Assembly (NCBI GenBank): GCA_025459125.1
Contig: JALORE010000023.1
Location: 5,981-69,980 of the forward strand
Direction: 5' to 3'
DNA: 64,000 nucleotides
Source: Planctomycetota bacterium
GTDB lineage: Bacteria > Planctomycetota > Phycisphaerae > Sedimentisphaerales > Anaerobacaceae
A model generated the notes under the pieces. The model was not told the DNA's origin. It did no database searches and saw only the letters and a list, made by a program, of their open reading frames with translations. The number at the start of each line of letters is the position of its first letter. Position 1 is the stretch's first letter. The position numbers were made by a program, and so were the translations under genes. Of this stretch, positions 8,671 to 17,965 are shown one piece after another.

Positions 8671-11166
8671 CTATTCGTGTCGCAGCGCCGCCATGGGATC
8701 GATCCTGGCAGCCCGATAGGCCGGCACGGAGCAGGCCAGCAGCGCGACCATACCCAGCAGCAAAGCAGTCAAGACAAACGTCACGGGGTCGGTGGGTGTC
8801 GTTTCGAAAAGCTGGCTGCGCAGAACCCGCGTCAGGGCCCATGCGACCGCCAGGCCGGCGCCCATACCCACCGCCGCCAGGATCATGCCTTCCCGCAGCA
8901 CCAGGGCCAGCACATGCCCGCGCCGGGCTCCCAGAGCCATCCGGATTCCGATCTCCTGCACCCGGCGGGTCACGCTGTAGGCGGTCACGGCGTACAGGCC
9001 CACCAGCGCCAGGACCGTGGCCAGAGCGCCGAAGAGACTCGCCAGAAAGCCAACCAGCCGCTCGCCGGCCAGGATTCGGTCCAACCGATCGCCCATCGTC
9101 ATCATGTCCACGACGGGAATGCTGGCATCCAGTTGGCGCACGTGCGCACGGATGGCGTGAAAGACCTGCGCGGAGGCCAGGCTCGTCCGCACGTAGATGG
9201 CCATGCTGGACAGGCCGATCTGTGGATAGGGCACAAACACCTGCGGCTCAGCCGCCCGGCGGGGCCCGGCGGGCCGGGCATCCCCCACCACGCCGACGAT
9301 TTCCCGGTCCGGCTGGGCATCGGCACTCCAGCGAAAACCCACCTGGTATCCCAGGGGATTGCGACCGTCGAAGAACCACTGCACGAAGGCCTCATTGACG
9401 AGCAGCACCTGTCGCGCCCCGGGCAACTCGTCCTGCGCGGTGAAATCGCGGCCCAGTTTCAAGGACATGCCCAGAACCTGGCGGTAATCGCGTGAGATGG
9501 TGTCACAGTAGGCGCGGACGTCCTCACCCTCCCGGGGCTGGTATCCTTCGACCACAATCCCATTGACCAGGCGTGAGCTTCCCAGCAGCGACGTCTGCGC
9601 CAGGGCCACCGACTCAACGCCCGGTACCGACTGTAGTTGCGTCCGCAGGCGCTGCCAGAAAGCAGAAGTGCGCTGCCCGTCGTACCCGCTCAGCCCCGGA
9701 TTCACGTGGAACGAGACCAGATTGGTGGTCCGAAAGCCGGGATCGACACGGTACAGTGCCACGAGGCTGCGCAGGAGCAACCCGGAGCCGATCAACAGGA
9801 CCAACGACAGTCCCACCTGCAACGCGACCAGGGCCTGCCGCAGACGCGTGCCGGAACCTCCGACCACCGCGGCGGCCTGGTCCTTGAGGGTACCGACCAG
9901 ATCGACTCGTGTCGCCCACCAGGCCGGAAACAGGCCAAACAAGAGGGCCGCCGCCGCCGACACTGCAAGGTTGAAGGCCAGCATACGTCCGTTGAGGGCA
10001 GGAGACAGCGCCGCTTTCAACGGCCCCGAGGCGAACAACAGAATGCCATGGGTCGTCCAGAAGGCAATCGCCAAAGCTGCCAGTCCTCCCCCGGCCGCCA
10101 AGAGCAGGCTCTCCGCCAGCACCTGACGGAAGATCCGCCCGCGCCCGGCTCCCAGCGCCAGCCGGACTGTGATCTCCTTCTGGCGGCTCATGGCACGCGC
10201 GATGAGCAGGCTCGAGGCGCTCGCGCACGCGGCCACCAGGACCAGGGCAGCCAGTCCCATGAGCAGATGGAGCGTGGGCCTCAGGTTGGAGGACAGATCC
10301 GAGGCGCCCCGGCCCGCCGGGAGCAGCAGCGTCCGTGATTGAAGAAACTGCTCGCGATCCGGCGCCGGCACATCCGCGAATTCGGGGCTCTGGGCCTCCC
10401 CCTCGATGAGCTGCCGATAGCGGGCCTGGACCGCCGCGGCCGCCTGCGCCAGGGAAAGACCCGGTGGTAGTCGGCCAAAGACCTGCACCCACCGATTCTT
10501 GCGGTCGTCCAGTGAACGCCAGGACGGGGTGATCTGCTTCTTCATGGTGACGGGGAGGAACACCTTGGGCCGGGCATCCAGGCTGACCCCGCGGAAATTC
10601 GCCGCGGCCACCCCGACGACGACCGTGGGCACACCATTGACGAGCAGCGTGCGGCCGAGGACGGCCCGGTCCCCGCCAAAGCGGTTCTGCCAGAACTCAT
10701 GGCTCAAGACAGCCACCGGCTGGGCGTCCGAGACCGCCTCATCGGCGGCGATGAACGTGCGCCCCAGGACCGGCCGGACCCCGAGTACCTCAAAGTAGCT
10801 CGCCGAGACCAGCTCGATTTCGATGCGTTCGGCCCCCCGGCCGTCATCCACGGCCGCGGTTTCGCCCCGCCGGCAGAAAACCCCCTCGAACAAGGCCGTG
10901 CTCGCCTGGAAGTCCTGGAACATGGGATAGGAAAGTGTGGTGCTGCCCCACGCGGTACCGATGGACCGCCCCTGGGTCCGCACCAGGACCAGGGCCCCCG
11001 GATCCCGGACAGGCAGTGAACGCAGGAGGACCTGCTCAAAGATGGTGAAGATCCCGGTGTTGGCCCCGATCCCCAGCGCGAGTGTCAACACCACCGCGGC
11101 GGTGAAACCGGGCCGCCGGCCCAGACTGCAAAGCCCATACCGTATGTCGTGCCAGAACGTCCTCAT
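8671..11166 (-). CDS. ADOP-family duplicated FtsX/MacB-type ABC permease (831 aa), directly downstream of an ABC ATPase
   Basis: ORF 8671..11553. Start set at the family-typical 'MRTFWHDIRYGL' (ATG 11166, preceded by GGGAG). An alternative ATG at 11256 overlaps the ATPase stop (ATGA) but would translate the intergenic repeat. C-terminus 'AYRAARIDPMAALRHE'. Confidence 0.85.
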   Translation of the reverse strand: MRTFWHDIRYGLCSLGRRPGFTAAVVLTLALGIGANTGIFTIFEQVLLRSLPVRDPGALVLVRTQGRSIGTAWGSTTLSYPMFQDFQASTALFEGVFCRRGETAAVDDGRGAERIEIELVSASYFEVLGVRPVLGRTFIAADEAVSDAQPVAVLSHEFWQNRFGGDRAVLGRTLLVNGVPTVVVGVAAANFRGVSLDARPKVFLPVTMKKQITPSWRSLDDRKNRWVQVFGRLPPGLSLAQAAAAVQARYRQLIEGEAQSPEFADVPAPDREQFLQSRTLLLPAGRGASDLSSNLRPTLHLLMGLAALVLVAACASASSLLIARAMSRQKEITVRLALGAGRGRIFRQVLAESLLLAAGGGLAALAIAFWTTHGILLFASGPLKAALSPALNGRMLAFNLAVSAAAALLFGLFPAWWATRVDLVGTLKDQAAAVVGGSGTRLRQALVALQVGLSLVLLIGSGLLLRSLVALYRVDPGFRTTNLVSFHVNPGLSGYDGQRTSAFWQRLRTQLQSVPGVESVALAQTSLLGSSRLVNGIVVEGYQPREGEDVRAYCDTISRDYRQVLGMSLKLGRDFTAQDELPGARQVLLVNEAFVQWFFDGRNPLGYQVGFRWSADAQPDREIVGVVGDARPAGPRRAAEPQVFVPYPQIGLSSMAIYVRTSLASAQVFHAIRAHVRQLDASIPVVDMMTMGDRLDRILAGERLVGFLASLFGALATVLALVGLYAVTAYSVTRRVQEIGIRMALGARRGHVLALVLREGMILAAVGMGAGLAVAWALTRVLRSQLFETTPTDPVTFVLTALLLGMVALLACSVPAYRAARIDPMAALRHE

Positions 11167-11252
11167 CGGATAGCTCCCGCTCACAGTTGTCAGTTGGCAG
11201 TTCCCAGTGCCTCCGGCCTTCGCGATCTTGCCGGCAACTGTCAACTGATAAC
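11167..11252 (-). repeat. Q-type intergenic hairpin element (CAGTTG/CAACTG repeats)
   Basis: 'cagttgtcagttggcagttcccagtg' faces 'ttgccggcaactgtcaactg'. Same family as 17002, 25489, 38324, 46010 and 57214. Confidence 0.65.
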
Positions 11253-11918
11253 TCATGCCTTCTGCATCCACCCGTCGCGGAGCTTGATGATCCGCTTGCT
11301 GTAGGCGGCATACTTGTCGTTGTGAGTGACCTGGATGATGGTGGTACCCTCGCGGTTGAGCTTCTTGAACAGGTCCATGATCGCTTCGCCCTGGCTGGAG
11401 TGCAGGTTGCCGGTCGGCTCGTCCGCCAAGAGGAGCTTGGGGTTGGCGATGACCGCCCGCGCGACGCCGACCAACTGCTGCTGGCCGCCGGAGAGCTGGC
11501 TGGGGAACAGGTCCTTCTTGCCCACGATGCCGAAGCGGTCCAGCGTGTCGCAAACCATCGAGGCCCGCTCGGAACCCTTGATGTTCCGGTAGGATAGCGG
11601 CACATCCAGGTTCTCATAGACCGTCAGAGTGTCGAGCAGGTTGAAGTTCTGGAACACAAAGCCGATGTACTGCTTGTTCAGGGCCAGACGCTCCTTGGGC
11701 TTGAGGGTGTGGACCGCGTGGTCGTAGAGGTAGTACTCCCCTTCCCAGTCGCCGTCGAGCATGCCGAGGATGTTGAGCAGCGTGGTTTTGCCCGCCGCCG
11801 AGGGTCCCATGAAGGTGACGAAGTCGCCCTCCTCGATGTCCAGGTTGATCTGCCGCAGGACGTAATTCTTGCCCGCCCGCGTTTCGTAGCATTTCTCGAT
11901 GTTTCTCAGTCGAATCAT
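11253..11918 (-). CDS. ABC transporter ATP-binding protein, MacB/LolD-type, stand-alone (221 aa)
   Basis: Walker A 'GPSAAGKTTLL', signature 'LSGGQQQ', Walker B 'LLLADEPTGNLH', H-loop 'VTHN'. Confidence 0.92.
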   Translation of the reverse strand: MIRLRNIEKCYETRAGKNYVLRQINLDIEEGDFVTFMGPSAAGKTTLLNILGMLDGDWEGEYYLYDHAVHTLKPKERLALNKQYIGFVFQNFNLLDTLTVYENLDVPLSYRNIKGSERASMVCDTLDRFGIVGKKDLFPSQLSGGQQQLVGVARAVIANPKLLLADEPTGNLHSSQGEAIMDLFKKLNREGTTIIQVTHNDKYAAYSKRIIKLRDGWMQKA

Positions 11919-11948
11919 AGTACAGTTCCCGGTCTCCAGTTCTCAATT

Positions 11949-12016
11949 GTAGGGTGGGCTGTGCCCACCGATCACGTCACATACGCGCCAGGCATGGTGG
12001 GCCCAGCCCACCCTAC
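11949..12016. repeat. REPIN-like palindrome (P-type, G variant)
   Basis: GTAGGGTGGGCTGTGCCCACC (11949..11969) faces GGTGGGCCCAGCCCACCCTAC (11996..12016). Each arm is GTAG plus its own short hairpin. Confidence 0.8.
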
Positions 12017-12067
12017 GAGATCCTCTCCACTCATCATTCCAACATTCCGTACTCCATTATCCCAATC

Positions 12068-14509
12068 TTACTCGTATCTCAACGCCACCATCGGATCGAA
12101 TTGAGTTGCCTTTCTGGCCGGGAGATAACAGGCCAGCGTGGCGGCTGCCACGAGCAAGGCGCCGACAAAGAAGAACACCCTGGGATCGCTGGCGGAAATG
12201 CCGAACAGCAGGCCCGACAAGACCCGGTGCAACGTCAGCGACACCAGCCATCCGAGCCCGATTCCCACGAGCACCGGCCGGAGTCCTTGTTTCAAGATGA
12301 GGGTGAAGAGCCCCAAGGGACTTGCTCCCAAGGCCATGCGGATGCCGAGCTCGCGCCGGCGGTCCCCCACCGTGCAAGAGACGACGCCGAACACACCCAC
12401 CAGGACGAGAATCAGCGCCAGAGCGGCGAACACACCCATCAGCCGCGCCTGATAACACCGGCCGGCAACCGATTCCTCCAGACGGTCATCCATCGTTTCG
12501 ATATTGGCCAGGGCAAGATCGGGATCCAGGGAGCGAAGCTCAGCCCGGATGTGATGCACGACCACCTCCGGCGTCGCACGGGTCTTGACGACGACGAACA
12601 TGCCCCGCATGGTGTGGGTGGGCAGGTGCTTCTGTGTGTACGGCACGTAGAAGGCCGGTTCGCTCGGGGCATCCTGTCCATGACTCTTAACGTCGGCGAC
12701 AACCCCCACGATCGTCATCCAGGGCAGCCATGGGCCGGGGCCCAGCTTGATTTGCCGCCCGATCACGTCCGCCCCGCCCCAGAACTGCCGAGCCAGCGCC
12801 TGGCTGACAATCGCCACGGGGGCCCCGTTCTCATCCGTCGGCTGGAAGGATCGACCCGCCAGCAGGCGGATCCCCATGAGCCGAAAATAGTCCAGGCTGA
12901 CCATGGTATAGTCCCCCCGCATGAGCCCTTGGTCCGCCAGAGATTGTTCCGAGTCCATGCCCGCCATCGTGAACGGACGCAGGAAGTGAATCTCGCTCAG
13001 GGGCAGCGAGTTCACCAGGCCGGCGCCGGCAACACCCGGAAGCGCCGCCAGGCGCTCGAACAGCCGACGATAGAAGCCGCGACATGCGTCATCGTCGGAC
13101 AGCGTCCCCGGCGGCAGCACGACCCGCGCGCTCAACAGGTGAGCCGGAGAGAAGCCGGGATCGATCCGCATGACGTTGCGGAAACTGCTCCCGAGGAGGC
13201 TCGCCCCGATCAGCAGCACGGTCGCCACGATGGCCTGGGCGGCCACCAACCACGGTCGCGAGCGGCGCCCCGTGAGACCTCCGTCGCGCTCGTGGCTCTT
13301 GAGGACCACATTCCTGGTCGGGCCGCCTCGGAGGAAATGAAGCAAGGGCAGGACCGGTACGCCGGCACCCAGCACGAGCGACAGCACGAAACCATAGCCC
13401 ATGACGGCGCCGTCCAAGCGGATCTCGTCGGCCCGGGGCAATCCGTACGGCGCCGACACGCGGAGAAGCTGGATACACCAGTAGGCCAGAGCCAATCCCA
13501 GCGAGGCGGCCAGCAACGACATGACGCTGCACTCCGCCAGCCATTGCCGGACGATGCGCCCCACACCGGCGCCCACGGCCATGCGCGTGGCAAATTCCTG
13601 GCGCCGCGCGAGAAGTCGGGAGATCTGGAGATTGACCAGATTGGCCGTACCGATCAGGGTTACACAACTGACCGCGCCGAACAGGATCCACAAGACTCGG
13701 CCCGCCGGCCCGACGCATTCCTCGAGCAGGGCCGCGGCCGTGAAGGTCACGCGGGCGGTCTGGGGTAGGGCGTAGACCGCCTGGTATCCCTGCGCCGCAC
13801 GCTGGAGGTGTTCCTGTAATCGGTACGGGGACACGCCCGAATCCAACCGCCCGACCACACAGACCAGGCGATTGTCCGTTTCCTGGGTTTCCTCGGCCGT
13901 CAACACCAGGGGCGTCCAGTAGGTCGTGTGACGGTAGGGAAACGAGAAGTCCGCCGGCATCACACCGCACACGACGGCCGCACTGCCATCGAGAAGGACG
14001 CTCTGGCCGACAATATCTTCGCGGCCTCCGAAGGGGCCACGCCAAAGCTGATGGCTGATGAGCACGACCGCAGGCGGCCCCGCGGAATACTCCTCCTGCG
14101 AAAACGCCCGGCCGAGGGACGGGGAGATCCCGAACGTGTCGAAGAATCCCTGGCTGACGCGTGTGCCGAAGGCCCGCAGGGGTACGCCCAGACCCGACAG
14201 ATTCTTGATCTCATCGGAGTACCCGGCCACACTCGTGAAGGCCTTACATTCCGCCGCCAGCGTCAGATACTCCCGCGCTGTCAGAGAGGGATCGGGCCGG
14301 TTCATCTCCGGGGAATGCACCTTCACCTGCATCAACCGACCGGATTGCGGATAGGGCAACGGCTTCAATGCCACGCGGTACAGCACACCGAACACGGCGG
14401 CGTTGACGGCCACCCCCAGCGCGAGGGTCAGCACGGTCATCAGAGTGAAACCCGGGTTCTGCCGCATTTGCCGCAGCGCGTACTTGACATCGCTGATGAC
14501 CGTCGTCAT
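12068..14509 (-). CDS. ADOP-family duplicated FtsX/MacB-type ABC permease (813 aa)
   Basis: ORF 12068..14584. Start moved to 'MTTVISDVKYALRQMRQNPGF' (ATG 14509), because the upstream 25 codons translate the REP palindrome. C-terminus 'ARKATQFDPMVALRYE'. Confidence 0.88.
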   Translation of the reverse strand: MTTVISDVKYALRQMRQNPGFTLMTVLTLALGVAVNAAVFGVLYRVALKPLPYPQSGRLMQVKVHSPEMNRPDPSLTAREYLTLAAECKAFTSVAGYSDEIKNLSGLGVPLRAFGTRVSQGFFDTFGISPSLGRAFSQEEYSAGPPAVVLISHQLWRGPFGGREDIVGQSVLLDGSAAVVCGVMPADFSFPYRHTTYWTPLVLTAEETQETDNRLVCVVGRLDSGVSPYRLQEHLQRAAQGYQAVYALPQTARVTFTAAALLEECVGPAGRVLWILFGAVSCVTLIGTANLVNLQISRLLARRQEFATRMAVGAGVGRIVRQWLAECSVMSLLAASLGLALAYWCIQLLRVSAPYGLPRADEIRLDGAVMGYGFVLSLVLGAGVPVLPLLHFLRGGPTRNVVLKSHERDGGLTGRRSRPWLVAAQAIVATVLLIGASLLGSSFRNVMRIDPGFSPAHLLSARVVLPPGTLSDDDACRGFYRRLFERLAALPGVAGAGLVNSLPLSEIHFLRPFTMAGMDSEQSLADQGLMRGDYTMVSLDYFRLMGIRLLAGRSFQPTDENGAPVAIVSQALARQFWGGADVIGRQIKLGPGPWLPWMTIVGVVADVKSHGQDAPSEPAFYVPYTQKHLPTHTMRGMFVVVKTRATPEVVVHHIRAELRSLDPDLALANIETMDDRLEESVAGRCYQARLMGVFAALALILVLVGVFGVVSCTVGDRRRELGIRMALGASPLGLFTLILKQGLRPVLVGIGLGWLVSLTLHRVLSGLLFGISASDPRVFFFVGALLVAAATLACYLPARKATQFDPMVALRYE

Positions 14510-14525
14510 GGCATCACTCCAGTTT

Positions 14526-14591
14526 GTAGGGTGTGCTGTGCACACCACAATTCCATCCGCCGTGGGCCCTGGTGCGCACAGCACACCCTGC
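14526..14591. repeat. REPIN-like palindrome (P-type)
   Basis: GTAGGGTGTGCTGTGCACACC ... GGTGCGCACAGCACACCCTGC. Confidence 0.8.
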
Positions 14592-14604
14592 GTCTGTCAA
14601 CTCC

Positions 14605-17001
14605 TTATTCGTACCGCAACGCTTCCATCGGATCGATCTGCGCCGCACGCCGGGCGGGTATCCAGGCGGCCAGAACAGCAACGGCGATTACGAGTAAAGA
14701 AGTTCCCGTCAACACCATCAGATCTGCCGGATCCAATCCGAACATCACGCTCCTCAAGATATATCCCGCAGCCAAAACGACAGGCAATCCCAAGCACACC
14801 CCAATCACAGCCAGAGTCAGACCCTGACGTAAGACACTGTTCAATATATCCCCAAAGCTTGCACCCACGGCCATACGTATGCCAATCTCATGCGTACGTC
14901 GGGCCACGGAATACGAGACCAGACTGTACAACCCGGCTACCGCCATGATAAACGCCGCAAATCCGAGTACGCCTAACAACCAGGAAGCAATCCATTGCCC
15001 TAGCAATACAAAACGAACCTGCTGCTTCAGGGTAGTGACACCCAGAGGGAGAACGTCCCGGTTGATCGCCTGCATGATGCGACGAATCGGTTCGGCTGCC
15101 CGTTCCGCCTTACCCTGCGTTGCGACCAGGAGTGTCATTTCACCACGGTTTTCTTGTCCAAAGGGCAAATAGAGATAGGGTTCGGGCGGTGTGCTTAAAT
15201 CCGTAATCTTGACGTCCCGAACAATACCCACGATCTGATACGCTCTGCCCTGCGCACCGCCAATGAACAACAACTCGCCGATAGGGTTTTTATCCGCCCA
15301 GAAGCGTCGAGCGGCCGTTTCACTGATCATGGCGACCCTCGCCTTGGGAGTACAATCCATATCATTGAACACGCGCCCTTGCTGGACAGGAATGCCCAGG
15401 GTCTTGAAGTAATCCGGGTGAATGACATTATAACGCCACTCGCTTCCCTGCTGAGAAACATCCGTACGATCACCCGGTAGATAGACCTGCTTTGTGGCAC
15501 CACTGCCCGATAAACTGAAGGGGACGAAACTCGCCAGACTTACCTGTTTCACGGTCGGCACAGCCTTGACCTGTTCGATCAGTTGTGTGTAATAAGCCTG
15601 CTCCTGATTCCCATTCACACCAAAGGCGCCCGGGCAAAGCTGGATCAACAGCATCTCTTTATTTTGAAAACCAAAATCCAGGGAAAGCCCCTTCGCGAAT
15701 CCTCTTATGAAAAGGCCGGTCGTGGCCAGGAATATGAGGGATACGGCTAACTGACCAATGACCAGTGTGTTGCGTCCGAAGTAGCGTCGCTTTCCCTGCG
15801 CGGAGCTCACATGCTCTTTGGTACGCACTGCCGGATCGATCCTGGTGACACGTAAGGCAGGGATGAAGCCAAAAAACAAGGTGGTTAAACCCATGAGCAG
15901 GAATATCATCGTCAGAACCTGACGATCCAGACGCTGTTCCGGTAATTTGAGGCCTGCAATATCAGGCACAAGAGCAGGCAATAGGGAAGCGGCCCACCGT
16001 GCCAAGAGCACCGCGAGCACGGTACCAAGAAATGACAGTAGTAAACTCTCGGTCAATAATTGACGCAACAGTCGCAGGCGACTGCCTCCCAGCGCCCGTC
16101 GGATGGCGATCTCGTGTTGACGGCTTTCATTTCGGGCCAACAACAACGCGGAGACATTGGCGCAAGCTACCAGCAGGACCAGTACCACCACCGACATGAC
16201 CATCGAGACCAGGATGCCGGACCGCTTCCAGAGATCACGCTCCGCTTCGACCCTAGCCTTCAGAGAGCGCCCGGTTCTGGGAGCCGTGAAAGTTACCCCC
16301 AAACGATCCACAATCGTATCCACCTCGGCCAGCGCTGCTTTAACGCTTCTGCCGGGAGCCAAGCGTCCTATCAGAGAAAAAGTGGAATTCACTCCTACAT
16401 CGCCCACCATTTCGGCTGCAAGCCAAACATCAACAGAACGTTCACGGTCTACACCTGAAAAATTCTTGGGCGTCACACCTGAAACCGTAAAACTCCTGGC
16501 GGTTAGCCAGATCGTCTTACCACAAATCTCCGGATCACGTTCATAACAGCGTTGCCAGAGACTGTAGCTGATAACCACGGTCGGCTCCTCAACAGAGGAT
16601 TGTGACTCCGGAGAAAAAAAACGGCCCACATGAGGCTTGATACCTAACACCTGGAAATAATTTGAGGATACTGTGCTACTATTCAAGAACTCCGCACCTC
16701 CCTCTCGGTCCAACATAGCCCCACCCCCGTTATGAGATATGGCAGTCACCCCTGAAAGTGTACGGCTCTGCTCTTTCAATTCTGAATACTGAGGGTACGA
16801 AAACAACGGCCGGATGATGCGCACAATTTCATGAGCGTTGGAAAACGAGAGAGGACGAAGCAATACCGCATTCAGAGCTGTGAACACGGTAGCATTCAAC
16901 CCAATCCCAAGGGCCAGCGACACAACCGCCACCGCCGTGAAACCTGGACTCTCTCGCATCTGACGAAACGCATAACGAATATCATGCCACAATGTCGTCA
17001 T
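14605..17001 (-). CDS. ADOP-family duplicated FtsX/MacB-type ABC permease (798 aa), compositionally distinct low-GC paralog
   Basis: N-terminus 'MTTLWHDIRYAFRQMRESPGF', C-terminus 'ARRAAQIDPMEALRYE'. Spot counts of 60-nt lines inside the gene give about 48-50% GC, against about 65% in neighbours. Confidence 0.9.
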   Translation of the reverse strand: MTTLWHDIRYAFRQMRESPGFTAVAVVSLALGIGLNATVFTALNAVLLRPLSFSNAHEIVRIIRPLFSYPQYSELKEQSRTLSGVTAISHNGGGAMLDREGGAEFLNSSTVSSNYFQVLGIKPHVGRFFSPESQSSVEEPTVVISYSLWQRCYERDPEICGKTIWLTARSFTVSGVTPKNFSGVDRERSVDVWLAAEMVGDVGVNSTFSLIGRLAPGRSVKAALAEVDTIVDRLGVTFTAPRTGRSLKARVEAERDLWKRSGILVSMVMSVVVLVLLVACANVSALLLARNESRQHEIAIRRALGGSRLRLLRQLLTESLLLSFLGTVLAVLLARWAASLLPALVPDIAGLKLPEQRLDRQVLTMIFLLMGLTTLFFGFIPALRVTRIDPAVRTKEHVSSAQGKRRYFGRNTLVIGQLAVSLIFLATTGLFIRGFAKGLSLDFGFQNKEMLLIQLCPGAFGVNGNQEQAYYTQLIEQVKAVPTVKQVSLASFVPFSLSGSGATKQVYLPGDRTDVSQQGSEWRYNVIHPDYFKTLGIPVQQGRVFNDMDCTPKARVAMISETAARRFWADKNPIGELLFIGGAQGRAYQIVGIVRDVKITDLSTPPEPYLYLPFGQENRGEMTLLVATQGKAERAAEPIRRIMQAINRDVLPLGVTTLKQQVRFVLLGQWIASWLLGVLGFAAFIMAVAGLYSLVSYSVARRTHEIGIRMAVGASFGDILNSVLRQGLTLAVIGVCLGLPVVLAAGYILRSVMFGLDPADLMVLTGTSLLVIAVAVLAAWIPARRAAQIDPMEALRYE

Positions 17002-17098
17002 TGCAGGACTCCAGTTCTCAGTTCTCGGTTGCCAGTTCTCAGTTGCCAGTCATGGTCGTTCTTGCCGACAACCAACAACTGTCATCTGACCACTCTTC
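17002..17098 (-). repeat. Q-type intergenic hairpin element
   Basis: 'actccagttctcagttctcggttgccagttctcagttgccagt ... caaccaacaactgtcatctg'. Confidence 0.65.
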
Positions 17099-17956
17099 TT
17101 ACTTATATCTTAACACGTTCATCGGATTCGTTCGAGCAGCGCGCCAGGCAGGAACCCCGCTGGCCGCCAGGGCCACGGCCACCAGGAGCAACGCCACGCC
17201 GGCAAAGGTCACCGGGTCCGTGGCGCGAACGCCGTACCGGAGACTGGGCCGCACGCGGGTCAGGACCAGCGTGTCGGCCCAGTGGGTCACCAGCAGCCCC
17301 AGCAGCCCGCCCACGAGGCTCAGGAGGATGTTCTCGGTCAGCACCTGGCGCACGATCCGCCCGCGGGAAACCCCCAGGGCCCGGCGCACGCCCATCTCCT
17401 GGCGCCGCAGAGCCGCGCGGGCCAACAGCAGGTTCGCCACGTTGCTGCACGCAATCAGCAGCACGAAGGCGGCGGAGCCGAGCAGCAACAGGAGGGTCCG
17501 GCGCTGCTCACCGAAGTAGTCGTCGAGGTACCGGTGCACGGCCACTTCCGTCAGGAAGGTCCGTCCCAGCATGGGCCGCAAGCCCATCATGGAAAAGAAG
17601 CAGGGAGAAACCAGCTTCGTCTCGATCTTCTGCGGGCGATGCACCCCGGTGAGATACACCTGCCGGTAACTGATGCCGGCGATGTCCTCGAAGACCTCGT
17701 GGTGCTCGCGCCAGTAGGCAAACCTCTCCCGCGCTGTGTTGGTTTCCGCTCCCCCTTTCCGTTGTTGGAGGAAACTGACAAGGCGGTGGGGTTCCCGGTA
17801 CGGCAGAGGCCGCAGCAGAACCGTATTGACCACGCTGAAGACCGCGGTATTGGCTCCTATGCCCAGCGCCAGAATCAGAACCACAACCGCCGCAAAGCAG
17901 GGACTCCTCGCCAGCATCCGCAGGCCGTACCGCGTGTCCTGCCACAACGTGCTCAT
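17099..17956 (-). CDS. Mini-ADOP (285 aa): in-frame deletion derivative with a single FtsX-like 4-TM layout
   Basis: Intact N-terminus 'MSTLWQDTRYGLRMLARSPCF'. Truncated periplasmic domain. TM2/TM3 of the first FtsX module ('[30 protein letters not shown]') are joined directly to the last loop and TM ('RYGVRATDPVTFAGVALLLVAVALAA...NPMNVLRYK'). Confidence 0.6.
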   Translation of the reverse strand: MSTLWQDTRYGLRMLARSPCFAAVVVLILALGIGANTAVFSVVNTVLLRPLPYREPHRLVSFLQQRKGGAETNTARERFAYWREHHEVFEDIAGISYRQVYLTGVHRPQKIETKLVSPCFFSMMGLRPMLGRTFLTEVAVHRYLDDYFGEQRRTLLLLLGSAAFVLLIACSNVANLLLARAALRRQEMGVRRALGVSRGRIVRQVLTENILLSLVGGLLGLLVTHWADTLVLTRVRPSLRYGVRATDPVTFAGVALLLVAVALAASGVPAWRAARTNPMNVLRYK

Positions 17957-17965
17957 GGTCCTCTC

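Noticed and set aside
11167-11553. 129-codon N-terminal extension of ORF 8671..11553.
   Set aside because: It overlaps the well-supported ATPase gene out of frame and then translates the Q-type repeat. The family-typical 'MRTFWHDIRY' start with a GGGAG SD is at 11166.
14510-14584. N-terminal extensions that encode 'CTAHPTNW'- or 'VGWAVPTS'-type peptides. They also occur at 20351..20428, 32863..32937, 35675..35761, 43434..43499 and 48600..48671.
   Set aside because: These codons are translations of the REP palindromes. Conserved family start motifs with SD-like GGAG lie downstream of them.
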